A DNA stretch of 64,000 nt, taken from NCBI GenBank assembly GCA_964451935.1, contig CAYVKE010000006.1:317-64316 (forward strand), read 5' to 3'. The notes beneath the pieces are model-generated. The model had not been told where the DNA came from, ran no database searches, and saw only the letters and a list, made by a program, of their open reading frames with translations. Positions 41,816 through 55,774 of this stretch are shown here, piece by piece; position 1 is the stretch's first letter; each line of letters starts with the position of its first letter. The translations under genes and the position numbers were made by a program. This DNA comes from an uncultured Synergistaceae bacterium (GTDB taxonomy: Bacteria; Synergistota; Synergistia; Synergistales; Aminobacteriaceae).

Positions 41816-44800
41816 GGGGTTTAAGAGCTTCGGCGGCTCGCACGATCTGCCCTTCTCGCCCGGGATGACCGCGGTGGTCGGCCCGAACGGAAGCGGAAAG
41901 AGCAACATTCTCGACGCGCTCGCCTGGGTTCTGGGGGAAGGGAGCCCAATACGCCTCAGAATTTCCCGCCAGCAGGAGCTTCTTTTCCAGGGGACCGCGA
42001 CGAGCAGCCCCGCGAAAGAATGCGACGTAACCCTCACGCTGCGGGACTCCGACCATCTGTCCGTGATTCGCCGGACGTTCTCTCCGGATGCCGGGAGCGT
42101 TCTCTATCACGACGGACAGCGGATCCGCCTCCAGGATCTCGAAGAGATCAAGCGAACGCTTCGCCTCGGGGGAGAAACGTTCGCGTTCATCGGCCAGGGG
42201 GAAGTCGCAGAAACGATCCGGCAACGTCCCCTGCAACGGAGGATGCGCCTTGAAGTCCTCTTCGGGATCGATCAGTACCGGAAAAAGAGGAACGAGACGG
42301 ATGCCCGTCTTTCAAACGTTCGTGAGGAGATGGGACGTCTGGCGACGCTTATCTCCGAACTGTCACACCGACGTGCGGAGATCGCTTCTTCTGTGGAAAC
42401 GGCGCAGAAAGCGAAGACGCTTCTCGGGTTGCTGGATGAACACAGGCGCCAGGCGTATCACGGACGGCGCGCCTCTCTGGAAGCGCGCGGCGCAATCCTT
42501 GACGCGACCTGTTCGGATATCGAAGGGGAGCTGAAAGGCCTTCTCCTGTGGCGTTCGATATGGGAGAAAAGCGAACAGGCGTTTCTCGATTCATTCAAAC
42601 GAGCGAAGCTCGAAGAGCAATCGTTGCTTTCCGACCTCGAATCCGTGACGCGGAATCTCGAAGCGGCGCGACGAAACTGTGTTTCCGGCGCAGCCGCGGT
42701 TCGTTCCGGCCTGAGCCGGAAATCGGTCATCGCCGGTGCGCTTCGGGAAAGCCGCGCCGAACTCCTTTCGAGGGAAGAAGAACTTCAACGGGGCCGGACG
42801 GACCTTGCCGACCTGCGGCGTGAGGCGGAAGCCTCCGCGCAGGCGTGCGAGGAGATCAGGGCTCTGGTCCGACGGTGCGAAACCGAACGAACGCAGGCGA
42901 TCCGAAAACGGGAATCGCTGGAAACATCGTTGAACGAAGCGCGCGTCCGCTGGGATCTTCTCGAACGCCGTTCGCAGTCAATTTTCGAGGAAAAAGCGGC
43001 CCTTGAGCGGGATTCACAGGATTTCCAGGAAGAAGAACGTTCTCTCTCCCGAGAGATCGAGGAAAAACGAACGCTCGTCTCCGAAATCGCGGGCCAATAT
43101 GAGACCGCAGTGGAACGGCGCGGAGCCTCGGCGACGGAATCCCAGGCGGAGGGCGCGGCGCTTCACGCGGCGCTTCGTTCCGTTTCGCAGGTCGAGAACG
43201 TCCTCGAACGGATGAAGGATCGCACCGAGCAGACGCTTCTCCCCGAACCGGTGCGCTTTCTTCTCTCCGCGGTCCGGCTCGGAAAATTGAACGCGGATAT
43301 GCGAATGATCGCCGATGCGTTTTCCTGTCCGCAATCGCTGACAAATGCGCTGGAGGCCTTCCTTGGAGGGCGTCAGTACTGGCTTGCGGTTCCTTCTCTC
43401 AATGAAGCGAAACGCTGCATCGACCTTCTCAAGAGCAAACAGGCGGGACGAACGACCTTTCTCCCTCTCGATCAGATAACTCCCAGAACTCCCCAGCCGG
43501 ACATATCCGTTTCGCGTTCCGGAATTGTCGGATGGGCGGCCGATCTGGTCGATTGCGATCCGAAATGGGAACGAGCCATTCGACATCTCCTCGGCGACGT
43601 GCTCCTCGTTGATCGTTTCGAGACGGTCGCCGGGGGCCTGACCGCTCACCGGAAATTCCCCGTTGTGACGCTGGACGGAGAGGTTTTCGCCGCAACCGGA
43701 AGCGTCAGCGGAGGGAAGAGACGGGCCTCGGAAGGCGCCATCGCGGCCAACCGCCTTATCAGGGAGCAGGAAGAACGCCTCCGCTCCCTTCATGAGGAGA
43801 TAGAAAGACGACGCTCCGCGCTCGCCCGGGCGGAAGAGAGGGAACACGCGGCCGCCCGCGAAGTGGATGCGCTGAAAATCCGACTCCAGGAGGAACGCCT
43901 TCTTGAGGACGACATGGGCGGGCGGCTTGGGCGCCTTCGCGCCGCGATGGAAAAGACGCACGAGAGAATCGCGGTTCTTTCGCGCGGCGCGGAAGAGGTT
44001 CGCTCCGAGCACGACGAGACGAACATGAAGGTCGCGGCGTTCGAGAGAGAACTTGCGGAGATGCGGAGCGAAGCTGATCCGTCCTCGGATCTCTCGGCCC
44101 TGGCGAGCGCCGAGGCGAAAGACGCCCTTTGCCGGGAACGGCTCCGCGCCGGAGAGTTGCTTGCAGGTCGTCTCGGGGAGGAGACGGCGCGCGCATCCGG
44201 GCGCGTGGAGTCGCTCATTCGGGATATGGAATCGATCGAACGGGAAATCGACACGCTGTGGGACCGCGTGAAGAATGCGGGGCGTGAATGCCGGATCCTG
44301 TGGGATCGCTCCGGCATGTTGCGCGGCGAACTCATGCGGAAAACCAGTTGGAGGGAGCGCGGCGACGCACGCCTGATACGCTTGCGGAGCAGGCGCGCAT
44401 CTGCGGAAAGGCGTTTGTCCGAGGCGGAGCAACGTCTTCAGGAAAACAGGCGACAGATGGACTCCGTGCAGCGGGAGCGCGATCAGCTCGTCGAGGCGTG
44501 GGAAGAACAGTATCCGTACCCCGGTGCGGCGGAAATCGCCGGCGAAGGCGACATCGCCCGAATCTGGAACATGGTGCGCCGATATGAACGGGATCTCAAG
44601 GCGATCGGGGAGTACGACCTCGGCGTATTGTCGGAGGATGCTTCCCTTGTGGATCGCATCGGTTTTCTGAAGGGAAACCACGAGGACCTTCGCGCGGGGG
44701 AAAATGAACTGTGCCGGCTTATCGAAGAGACGGATCGCTACGTCGGCGCGCTCTTCGGGAACGCGCTTTCCGATATCGCCGTCCGGTTCGACGATCTCTT

Positions 44801-45206
44801 CAGACGTCTTCTTGGCGGCGGGGAAGCCCGGCTTGAGTTGATCGAAGGGGAATCCTTCTGGGAGTCGGGGGTCGATATCGTCGCGAGACCGCCCGGAAAA
44901 AGGATGCAGAGCCTTGCGCAACTCTCCGGCGGAGAGCAGTCCCTCACCGGCATCTCCCTGCTCTTCGCGTGCATGGAAGTCGCGGCGGTTCCGCTTGCCG
45001 TTCTCGACGAAGTCGATGCAGCGCTCGACGAATACAATCTCCTGCGTTTCGCCGAGCTGGCCAGGGAGTATGCCGCAAGGCTCCAGCTCATCGTCATGAC
45101 GCATCGTCGCGCGACGATGGAACGTGCGGACGTTCTATACGGCGTGACCATGTCGGAACCTGGGCTGTCGCAGGTGGTCGGCATCGATCTGGAGGAGTGG
45201 CGATGA
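41790..45206 (+). CDS. smc: chromosome segregation protein SMC
   Basis: Walker A GPNGSGKSNILDA, long coiled coils with a hinge, LSGGEQSLTGISLLFA and Walker B AVLDEVDAALD. The TTG start overlaps the rng 3' end by 26 nt. Confidence 0.92.
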   Translation: MFIERLRLKGFKSFGGSHDLPFSPGMTAVVGPNGSGKSNILDALAWVLGEGSPIRLRISRQQELLFQGTATSSPAKECDVTLTLRDSDHLSVIRRTFSPDAGSVLYHDGQRIRLQDLEEIKRTLRLGGETFAFIGQGEVAETIRQRPLQRRMRLEVLFGIDQYRKKRNETDARLSNVREEMGRLATLISELSHRRAEIASSVETAQKAKTLLGLLDEHRRQAYHGRRASLEARGAILDATCSDIEGELKGLLLWRSIWEKSEQAFLDSFKRAKLEEQSLLSDLESVTRNLEAARRNCVSGAAAVRSGLSRKSVIAGALRESRAELLSREEELQRGRTDLADLRREAEASAQACEEIRALVRRCETERTQAIRKRESLETSLNEARVRWDLLERRSQSIFEEKAALERDSQDFQEEERSLSREIEEKRTLVSEIAGQYETAVERRGASATESQAEGAALHAALRSVSQVENVLERMKDRTEQTLLPEPVRFLLSAVRLGKLNADMRMIADAFSCPQSLTNALEAFLGGRQYWLAVPSLNEAKRCIDLLKSKQAGRTTFLPLDQITPRTPQPDISVSRSGIVGWAADLVDCDPKWERAIRHLLGDVLLVDRFETVAGGLTAHRKFPVVTLDGEVFAATGSVSGGKRRASEGAIAANRLIREQEERLRSLHEEIERRRSALARAEEREHAAAREVDALKIRLQEERLLEDDMGGRLGRLRAAMEKTHERIAVLSRGAEEVRSEHDETNMKVAAFERELAEMRSEADPSSDLSALASAEAKDALCRERLRAGELLAGRLGEETARASGRVESLIRDMESIEREIDTLWDRVKNAGRECRILWDRSGMLRGELMRKTSWRERGDARLIRLRSRRASAERRLSEAEQRLQENRRQMDSVQRERDQLVEAWEEQYPYPGAAEIAGEGDIARIWNMVRRYERDLKAIGEYDLGVLSEDASLVDRIGFLKGNHEDLRAGENELCRLIEETDRYVGALFGNALSDIAVRFDDLFRRLLGGGEARLELIEGESFWESGVDIVARPPGKRMQSLAQLSGGEQSLTGISLLFACMEVAAVPLAVLDEVDAALDEYNLLRFAELAREYAARLQLIVMTHRRATMERADVLYGVTMSEPGLSQVVGIDLEEWR

Positions 45207-45219
45207 GGAGGGCGGATGC

Positions 45220-45960
45220 ATGACGTTGAGCAGGGACGATATCGTCCGGGGAGCCCTCTGCATGTGGCAGCCCCGTGAAGGACCCAGGGTTATGGTCGAT
45301 ACGGTGCTCCTGTCCGCGTTTGCGCATATCCGAAAGGGCGAAAAGGTCCTTGAACTCGGGTCAGCGACGGGAGCCGTGACGCTTCTGCTCGCGTTGCGAT
45401 TCCCGGAGGCGGGGCGGATATCCGGCGTGGAAATACAACCCGACCTGGTTGAGCTGGCGAAGCGGAATGCGGCCGAAAACGGACTTTCGGGGCGTGTGTC
45501 GTATATTTGCGGCGATCTGCGGAACATCGCCGACGCGTACCCGCCCGAAACCATGGATGTTGTGGTGACGAACCCGCCCTATCACGAAGTAGGCAGGAAT
45601 CGCAGGAGCGCGGTCGAATCCTCGGCGACGGCGCGACAGGAAGTGTGCTGTTCCCTTGAAGACGTTCTCCGCTGCTCGAAGCGGCTGCTCCGGAACAAAG
45701 GGAGGCTCTACATGGTCTTCCTCGCCGACAGAACCGCCGAACTGTTCTCAGCTCTTTCAGGCATGCGACTGGAACCGAAACGGATACGTTTCGTGCACCA
45801 TCGTCCCGGAGCGTTCGCATCGGTTGTTCTCGTGGAGGCCGTTCGCGCGGCCGGGAAGGGCCTGTTTGTGGAGCCCCCATTTTTCCTTTACGGAGAGAAT
45901 GGAGAAGAAACGGACGACATGAAAAACGCTTATGCTCCTGGAGGCTCCGGATGCCGCTGA
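45220..45960 (+). CDS. SAM-dependent N6-adenine methyltransferase (YabB/TrmN6-like)
   Basis: LELGSATGAV (motif I) and VVTNPPY (motif IV). Confidence 0.75.
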   Translation: MTLSRDDIVRGALCMWQPREGPRVMVDTVLLSAFAHIRKGEKVLELGSATGAVTLLLALRFPEAGRISGVEIQPDLVELAKRNAAENGLSGRVSYICGDLRNIADAYPPETMDVVVTNPPYHEVGRNRRSAVESSATARQEVCCSLEDVLRCSKRLLRNKGRLYMVFLADRTAELFSALSGMRLEPKRIRFVHHRPGAFASVVLVEAVRAAGKGLFVEPPFFLYGENGEETDDMKNAYAPGGSGCR

Positions 45961-46781
45961 CCGTCGTCCCGACGCCCGTCGGGAATCTCGAAGACATGAC
46001 GCTCCGGGCCATACGGGTTTTGCGGAATGCCGACGTCATTCTGTGCGAAGATACGCGGACGACGTCGGTCCTGACCCGGCGATACGCGATCCGAACCCCG
46101 CTCGTCTCCTACCACGCGCACAACGAACGCTCCAGGACGGAGTCGTTTCTTCGCCGACTCCTCGAGGGCGACAACATAGCGCTCGTGTCGGACGCCGGAA
46201 CCCCCGGAATCTCCGACCCCGGGGCGTGCATCATTGCGGAGGCGATACGGGCGGGCGTTTCTGTCGACGTCCTTCCCGGACCGACAGCATTCGTCCCGGC
46301 TCTCCTTCTTTCGGGGCTTCCCGTACACCCGTTTCTCTTTTTCGGGTTTCTGCCCGACAAAGCCGGCGAGCGGCGGGCGGCGCTCGAAAAACTCCGGAAC
46401 GTTACGCAGACGCTGATCTTCTACGTGTCGCCGCATAAACTTGAGGAGCAGCTGGAATCAATCGTTTCGACGCTGGGAAACCGGAAAGCGGCGTTGGTCC
46501 GGGAGATATCGAAGATCTATCAGGAATGCATCCGCGGAGTGTCGGAGGAGATCCTGATGCGAGTGAAGACCGGAGACGCCCTTCGTGGGGAGATGATCCT
46601 CGTCGTCGAGGGGGATTCCCCGTCGGCGCCCGACGACGGGGAATGGCAGGCTGCGGCCGGGCGGTTGCGGAAAGAGGAAATCAGTGAGAAAGATATTGTA
46701 AAAACGATCAATCAGTTGTATGGTGTACCGAAAAACCGCGTCAAGGAATATCTTTTTTCAGAAAAGAGCACCGGAAGATAG
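45951..46781 (+). CDS. rsmI: 16S rRNA (cytidine1402-2'-O)-methyltransferase
   Basis: VPTPVGNLEDMTLRAIRVLRNADVILCEDTRTT and SDAGTPGISDPG. Confidence 0.9.
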   Translation: MPLTVVPTPVGNLEDMTLRAIRVLRNADVILCEDTRTTSVLTRRYAIRTPLVSYHAHNERSRTESFLRRLLEGDNIALVSDAGTPGISDPGACIIAEAIRAGVSVDVLPGPTAFVPALLLSGLPVHPFLFFGFLPDKAGERRAALEKLRNVTQTLIFYVSPHKLEEQLESIVSTLGNRKAALVREISKIYQECIRGVSEEILMRVKTGDALRGEMILVVEGDSPSAPDDGEWQAAAGRLRKEEISEKDIVKTINQLYGVPKNRVKEYLFSEKSTGR

Positions 46782-46837
46782 CCCGAAACGACGAAAAGCT
46801 CCACCCCGGTTTCGCAGGAGCAAGGAGGAGAACGAAC

Positions 46838-48784
46838 ATGTCGGAGAAAAACTTCTATCTCACCACGCCGATTTATTATGTGAATGACATTCCGCATATC
46901 GGCCATGCCTATACCACAATCGCCGCGGACGTCATGTGCAGGCATATGCGCATGCGCGGCGACAACGTCTTTTTCCTGACCGGCACGGACGAACACGGCC
47001 AAAAAATACAGCAGAGCGCGGAAGCCAAAGGCATGACGGCCCAGGAACTGGCCGACAAGACCATGCTGAACTTCAGAAATCTGTGGACGGTGCTCGGGAT
47101 CTCCAACGACGACTTTATCCGGACGACGGAAGAACGTCACGAACGCGTCGTCCAGAGCATGTTCCAAAAACTCATGGATCAGGGAGATATCTACAAGGGC
47201 TCCTACGAGGGATGGTACTGCGTCCCGTGCGAGACGTACGTTCCCGAGAGCAGCATGGGGGAGAACCGGACCTGTCCCGATTGCGGACGTCCGCTCGTTC
47301 AGATGCAGGAGGAGAGCTACTTCTTCCGCGCCTCGAAGTACGCCGGCCGGCTTCTGGCGTACTATGAGGCGAATCCGCAGGCGATCCTTCCCCGGAGCCG
47401 CTACAACGAGATCGTGAGTTTCCTCCGTTCGGGCGTGCGCGACCAGTCGATCTCGCGAACGACGCTGAAATGGGGGATTCCCGTTCCCGGTGACGACAAG
47501 CACGTCGTCTACGTCTGGTTCGATGCGCTGATCAACTATGCGACCGCATGCGGATACCTCGACGACCGCGAGAAATTCGCGCAATTCTGGCCTGCCGTCC
47601 GGCATCTTGTGGGGAAGGACATCATCCGTTTCCACTGCGTGATCTGGCCGATCATGCTCCTTGCGCTCGGGCTCAATCCGCCTGTGTGCGTCTTCGCGCA
47701 CGGTTGGTGGACCGTCGAGGGCGAAAAGATGTCGAAATCGAAGGGGAACGTCGTCGATCCGTTCGAAATGGCCCGCGTCTACGGAGTGGATCCGTTCCGC
47801 TATTTCCTTCTTCGCGAGGTCCCGTTCGGACTGGACGGGGACTTCTCCGAACTGGCCATGGTGCAGCGCGTCAACTCCGACCTCGCGAATGACCTCGGGA
47901 ATCTGCTGAACAGGACGCTTCAGATGATCGGCAACTACCGTGACGGCAAGGTTCCTGCGCCGGGCGCGATTCTTCCCGTCGACGAGGAAGTCCTCTCGCT
48001 CATCGATGCGACGCTTGCGGCCGTGAAGGAAAAGCTTGATGTCTTTGCGTTCGACGAGGCGTTGAAATCCATCTGGGCGCTGCTTGGACGGGGGAACAAA
48101 TACATCGACGAGACGATGCCCTGGAAGCTCGGTCGCGAAGGAAACGGCGAACGCCTCGACACCGTGCTCGCGACGCTCTTCGCCGTCTTGCGGGCGGTCG
48201 CGCTTCTGATGGCCCCGTTCATGCCGGACGCCGCGAAGAGAATGTACGTCCAGCTCGGCTTCGCCGGCGATCCGCTCGACGAACGGTTCCCGTCCGTTGT
48301 TCTGCGGAATGCGCCTGCGGGGCAGATGACGCAGAAGGGGGACGTGCTGTTCCCGAGAATCGACGTCGAGCTGTGGAAAAAGGACCGCGAGGCCAAGCTG
48401 ACCGGAAAAGACGGGGCGCAGGTTCCGGAAGCGAAGACGCCGTGCGAACACGAAGACGAGATTACGATCGACCTGTTCAAATCGGTGGAGTTGCGTGTCG
48501 CCCAGGTCATCGGAGTGGAAGAGATCCCGAAGGCCAAAAAACTCTACGCCCTCTACCTCGACCTGGGGTATGAAAAGCGAAAGATCGTCTCCGGCATCAA
48601 GGAGTTCTTCACCCCCCAGGATCTGATCGGGAAACGGATCATCGTCGTCGCGAACCTCAAGCCCGCGACGCTGTGCGGCGTGGAAAGCCGGGGCATGCTG
48701 CTGGCCGCCGGGCCGAAAGACAAGTCCGCCCTCGGCCTGTTGACCGTTGACGAATCGGCGCCGCTCGGAAGCCGCGTCAGTTAG
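46838..48784 (+). CDS. metG: methionine--tRNA ligase with C-terminal Trbp111-like tRNA-binding domain
   Basis: HIGH motif (PHIGHAY), zinc knuckle CVPCETY...CPDCG, KMSKS, and a C-terminal OB fold (VELRVAQVIGVEEIPKAKKLY). Confidence 0.95.
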   Translation: MSEKNFYLTTPIYYVNDIPHIGHAYTTIAADVMCRHMRMRGDNVFFLTGTDEHGQKIQQSAEAKGMTAQELADKTMLNFRNLWTVLGISNDDFIRTTEERHERVVQSMFQKLMDQGDIYKGSYEGWYCVPCETYVPESSMGENRTCPDCGRPLVQMQEESYFFRASKYAGRLLAYYEANPQAILPRSRYNEIVSFLRSGVRDQSISRTTLKWGIPVPGDDKHVVYVWFDALINYATACGYLDDREKFAQFWPAVRHLVGKDIIRFHCVIWPIMLLALGLNPPVCVFAHGWWTVEGEKMSKSKGNVVDPFEMARVYGVDPFRYFLLREVPFGLDGDFSELAMVQRVNSDLANDLGNLLNRTLQMIGNYRDGKVPAPGAILPVDEEVLSLIDATLAAVKEKLDVFAFDEALKSIWALLGRGNKYIDETMPWKLGREGNGERLDTVLATLFAVLRAVALLMAPFMPDAAKRMYVQLGFAGDPLDERFPSVVLRNAPAGQMTQKGDVLFPRIDVELWKKDREAKLTGKDGAQVPEAKTPCEHEDEITIDLFKSVELRVAQVIGVEEIPKAKKLYALYLDLGYEKRKIVSGIKEFFTPQDLIGKRIIVVANLKPATLCGVESRGMLLAAGPKDKSALGLLTVDESAPLGSRVS

Positions 48785-48882
48785 CGTCTCCCGCGCGAAA
48801 GCCCGACGTTTCGCCTGACCGGCGCGTGGGGCGCTGTTCGGATCTTCAAGCCGGATGAGAGAATCTTGGTACGATATCATGA

Positions 48883-48921
48883 CATCGGGCCTTCCTCGAC
48901 GGAACGGCCCGATGCTTTTTT
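48883..48921 (+). terminator. intrinsic terminator or leader hairpin between metG and tatD
   Basis: CATCGGGCC, a 14-nt loop, then GGCCCGATG followed by CTTTTTT. The tatD SD starts 2 nt after the T-tract. Confidence 0.65.
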
Positions 48922-48934
48922 CAGGAGAGTGACC

Positions 48935-50840
<1,906 letters not shown>

Positions 50841-50846
50841 CGGACG

Positions 50847-51833
50847 ATGCCCGGGACTATCGTGCGCATCGATCCATGGAATCCAGACAGGGAGTTGATC
50901 GCCCGCGCCGCCATGATTCTGGCAGGAGGCGGTCTTGTGGCGTTCCCCACCGAAACCGTGTATGGGCTCGGTGGCAACGGGCTCGACGCGGAGGCCGCGA
51001 AACGCATTTACGCCGCAAAGGGACGCCCTTCGGAAAATCCGCTTATCCTCCATGTGGCGTCGCCCGCTGAGGCGCATGCGCTTGCCGATATCACCCCGAA
51101 GGCTGAACGACTTATGGAACGCTTCTGGCCCGGGCCTTTGACGATGGTCCTGCATTCGAAAGAGATCGTTCCATCGACCGTACGGGGGGGGCTGGAAACC
51201 GTCGCAATACGGATGCCGGCGCACCCTGTGGCCCTTTCTCTTATTGAGAAGGCGGGGTTCCCCATAGCGGCGCCCAGTGCGAACCGGAGCGGGCGCCCGA
51301 GTCCGACCGAAGCGGGAAGCGTTTTCGAGGATCTTGGCGGGAGCGTCGACATGATTCTCGACGGAGGAGCCACGCGCTACGGCGTCGAGTCCACAGTGAT
51401 CGACGTCGCCGGAAACGACGTGGTTCTCTTGCGTCCCGGCGGGACGTCCGTCGAAGACCTGGTCGCCGTGGTGGGATCAGTCTGTTCGCCTGATGGCGAA
51501 CATGTCAAACGCTCGCCTGGAACGAGATTCCGCCACTACGCGCCCGGAATTCCTCTTCTGATCTGGAGAGAAGGTGAAGAAATCCGATTCGCCGGCGACG
51601 AAAACGGGAAGAAACGACGCGTGATCGCGTATATGGGAATTCGGCGCTTTCCTGAAGAAACGCACCGGTCGATTTATTTCGAGGACCCTGAGAACTATGC
51701 GCGCGGATTGTTCTCGGCAATGAGAGAACTCGAACGAAGCGGCGCGGACATCATCGTGGCCGAATGGCCCGAAGTCGAAGGCGTCGGACGCGCGATACAG
51801 GATCGTCTTCGCCGCGCTTCCGGCGGGCGTTGA
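50847..51833 (+). CDS. tsaC: L-threonylcarbamoyladenylate synthase (long Sua5/YwlC form)
   Basis: A YrdC domain (GGLVAFPTETVYGLGGN, KGRPSENPLILHV, APSANRSGRPSPT) plus a Sua5 C-terminal domain. Confidence 0.9.
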   Translation: MPGTIVRIDPWNPDRELIARAAMILAGGGLVAFPTETVYGLGGNGLDAEAAKRIYAAKGRPSENPLILHVASPAEAHALADITPKAERLMERFWPGPLTMVLHSKEIVPSTVRGGLETVAIRMPAHPVALSLIEKAGFPIAAPSANRSGRPSPTEAGSVFEDLGGSVDMILDGGATRYGVESTVIDVAGNDVVLLRPGGTSVEDLVAVVGSVCSPDGEHVKRSPGTRFRHYAPGIPLLIWREGEEIRFAGDENGKKRRVIAYMGIRRFPEETHRSIYFEDPENYARGLFSAMRELERSGADIIVAEWPEVEGVGRAIQDRLRRASGGR

Positions 51834-51927
51834 ACTCGGGTGTCCGGCTGACCAGACGGGCCGCTCCGTCTGCGACGGAGTCCTGTCCGAAAAAAATGCG
51901 TTGACGTTTCAGTTTGAGGCCAATCGC

Positions 51928-51956
51928 TTGCCAAACCGGGTTCCCCTTGCTACAAT
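51928..51956 (+). promoter_or_regulatory. candidate promoter of tRNA-Leu
   Basis: TTGCCA, a 17-nt spacer, then TACAAT. It ends 17 nt before the mature tRNA 5' end. Confidence 0.55.
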
Positions 51957-51973
51957 TACCTCCGTTCAAAGAT

Positions 51974-52060
51974 GCCGGGATGGCGGAACTGGTAGACGCG
52001 CTAGATTCAGGTTCTAGTGGGCTAACGCTTGTCGGGGTTCGAGTCCCCGTCCCGGCACCA
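51974..52060 (+). tRNA. tRNA-Leu: tRNA-Leu (anticodon CAG)
   Basis: GCCGGGATGGCGGAACTGGTAGACGCGCTAGATTCAGGTTCTAGTGGGCTAACGCTTGTCGGGGTTCGAGTCCCCGTCCCGGCACCA. Acceptor stem GCCGGGA/TCCCGGC, anticodon loop TT-CAG-GT, long variable arm (class II), TTCGAGT T-loop and an encoded CCA. Confidence 0.95.
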
Positions 52061-52073
52061 TAAAAATGTGGAT

Positions 52074-52110
52074 AAAGGTCATGGTGTGTCATTGACACGC
52101 TATGACCTTT
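52074..52110 (+). terminator. long hairpin after tRNA-Leu (weak terminator or processing signal)
   Basis: A 17-bp stem (two G:U pairs) with a 3-nt loop: AAAGGTCATGGTGTGTC-att-GACACGCTATGACCTTT. It is followed by gtgcTATTTT. Confidence 0.45.
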
Positions 52111-52120
52111 GTGCTATTTT
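52092..52120 (+). promoter_or_regulatory. candidate rpoBC promoter embedded in the hairpin
   Basis: TTGACA (52092-52097), a 17-nt spacer, then TATTTT (52115-52120). It lies 55 nt upstream of the rpoB ATG. Confidence 0.4.
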
Positions 52121-52174
52121 CATAGCTTGTCAGTGTCACATCCCCTCAAAAGAGATAGGGAGGTCGTTGGTCCC

Positions 52175-55773
<3,599 letters not shown>

Positions 55774-55774
<1 letters not shown>

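Noticed and set aside
52067-52075. A perfect DnaA-box 9-mer, TGTGGATAA (complement TTATCCACA), between tRNA-Leu and rpoB.
   Set aside because: It is a single isolated box with no cluster, no AT-rich unwinding element and no dnaA or dnaN nearby. One chance occurrence in 64 kb on both strands is not improbable. It is not an origin.
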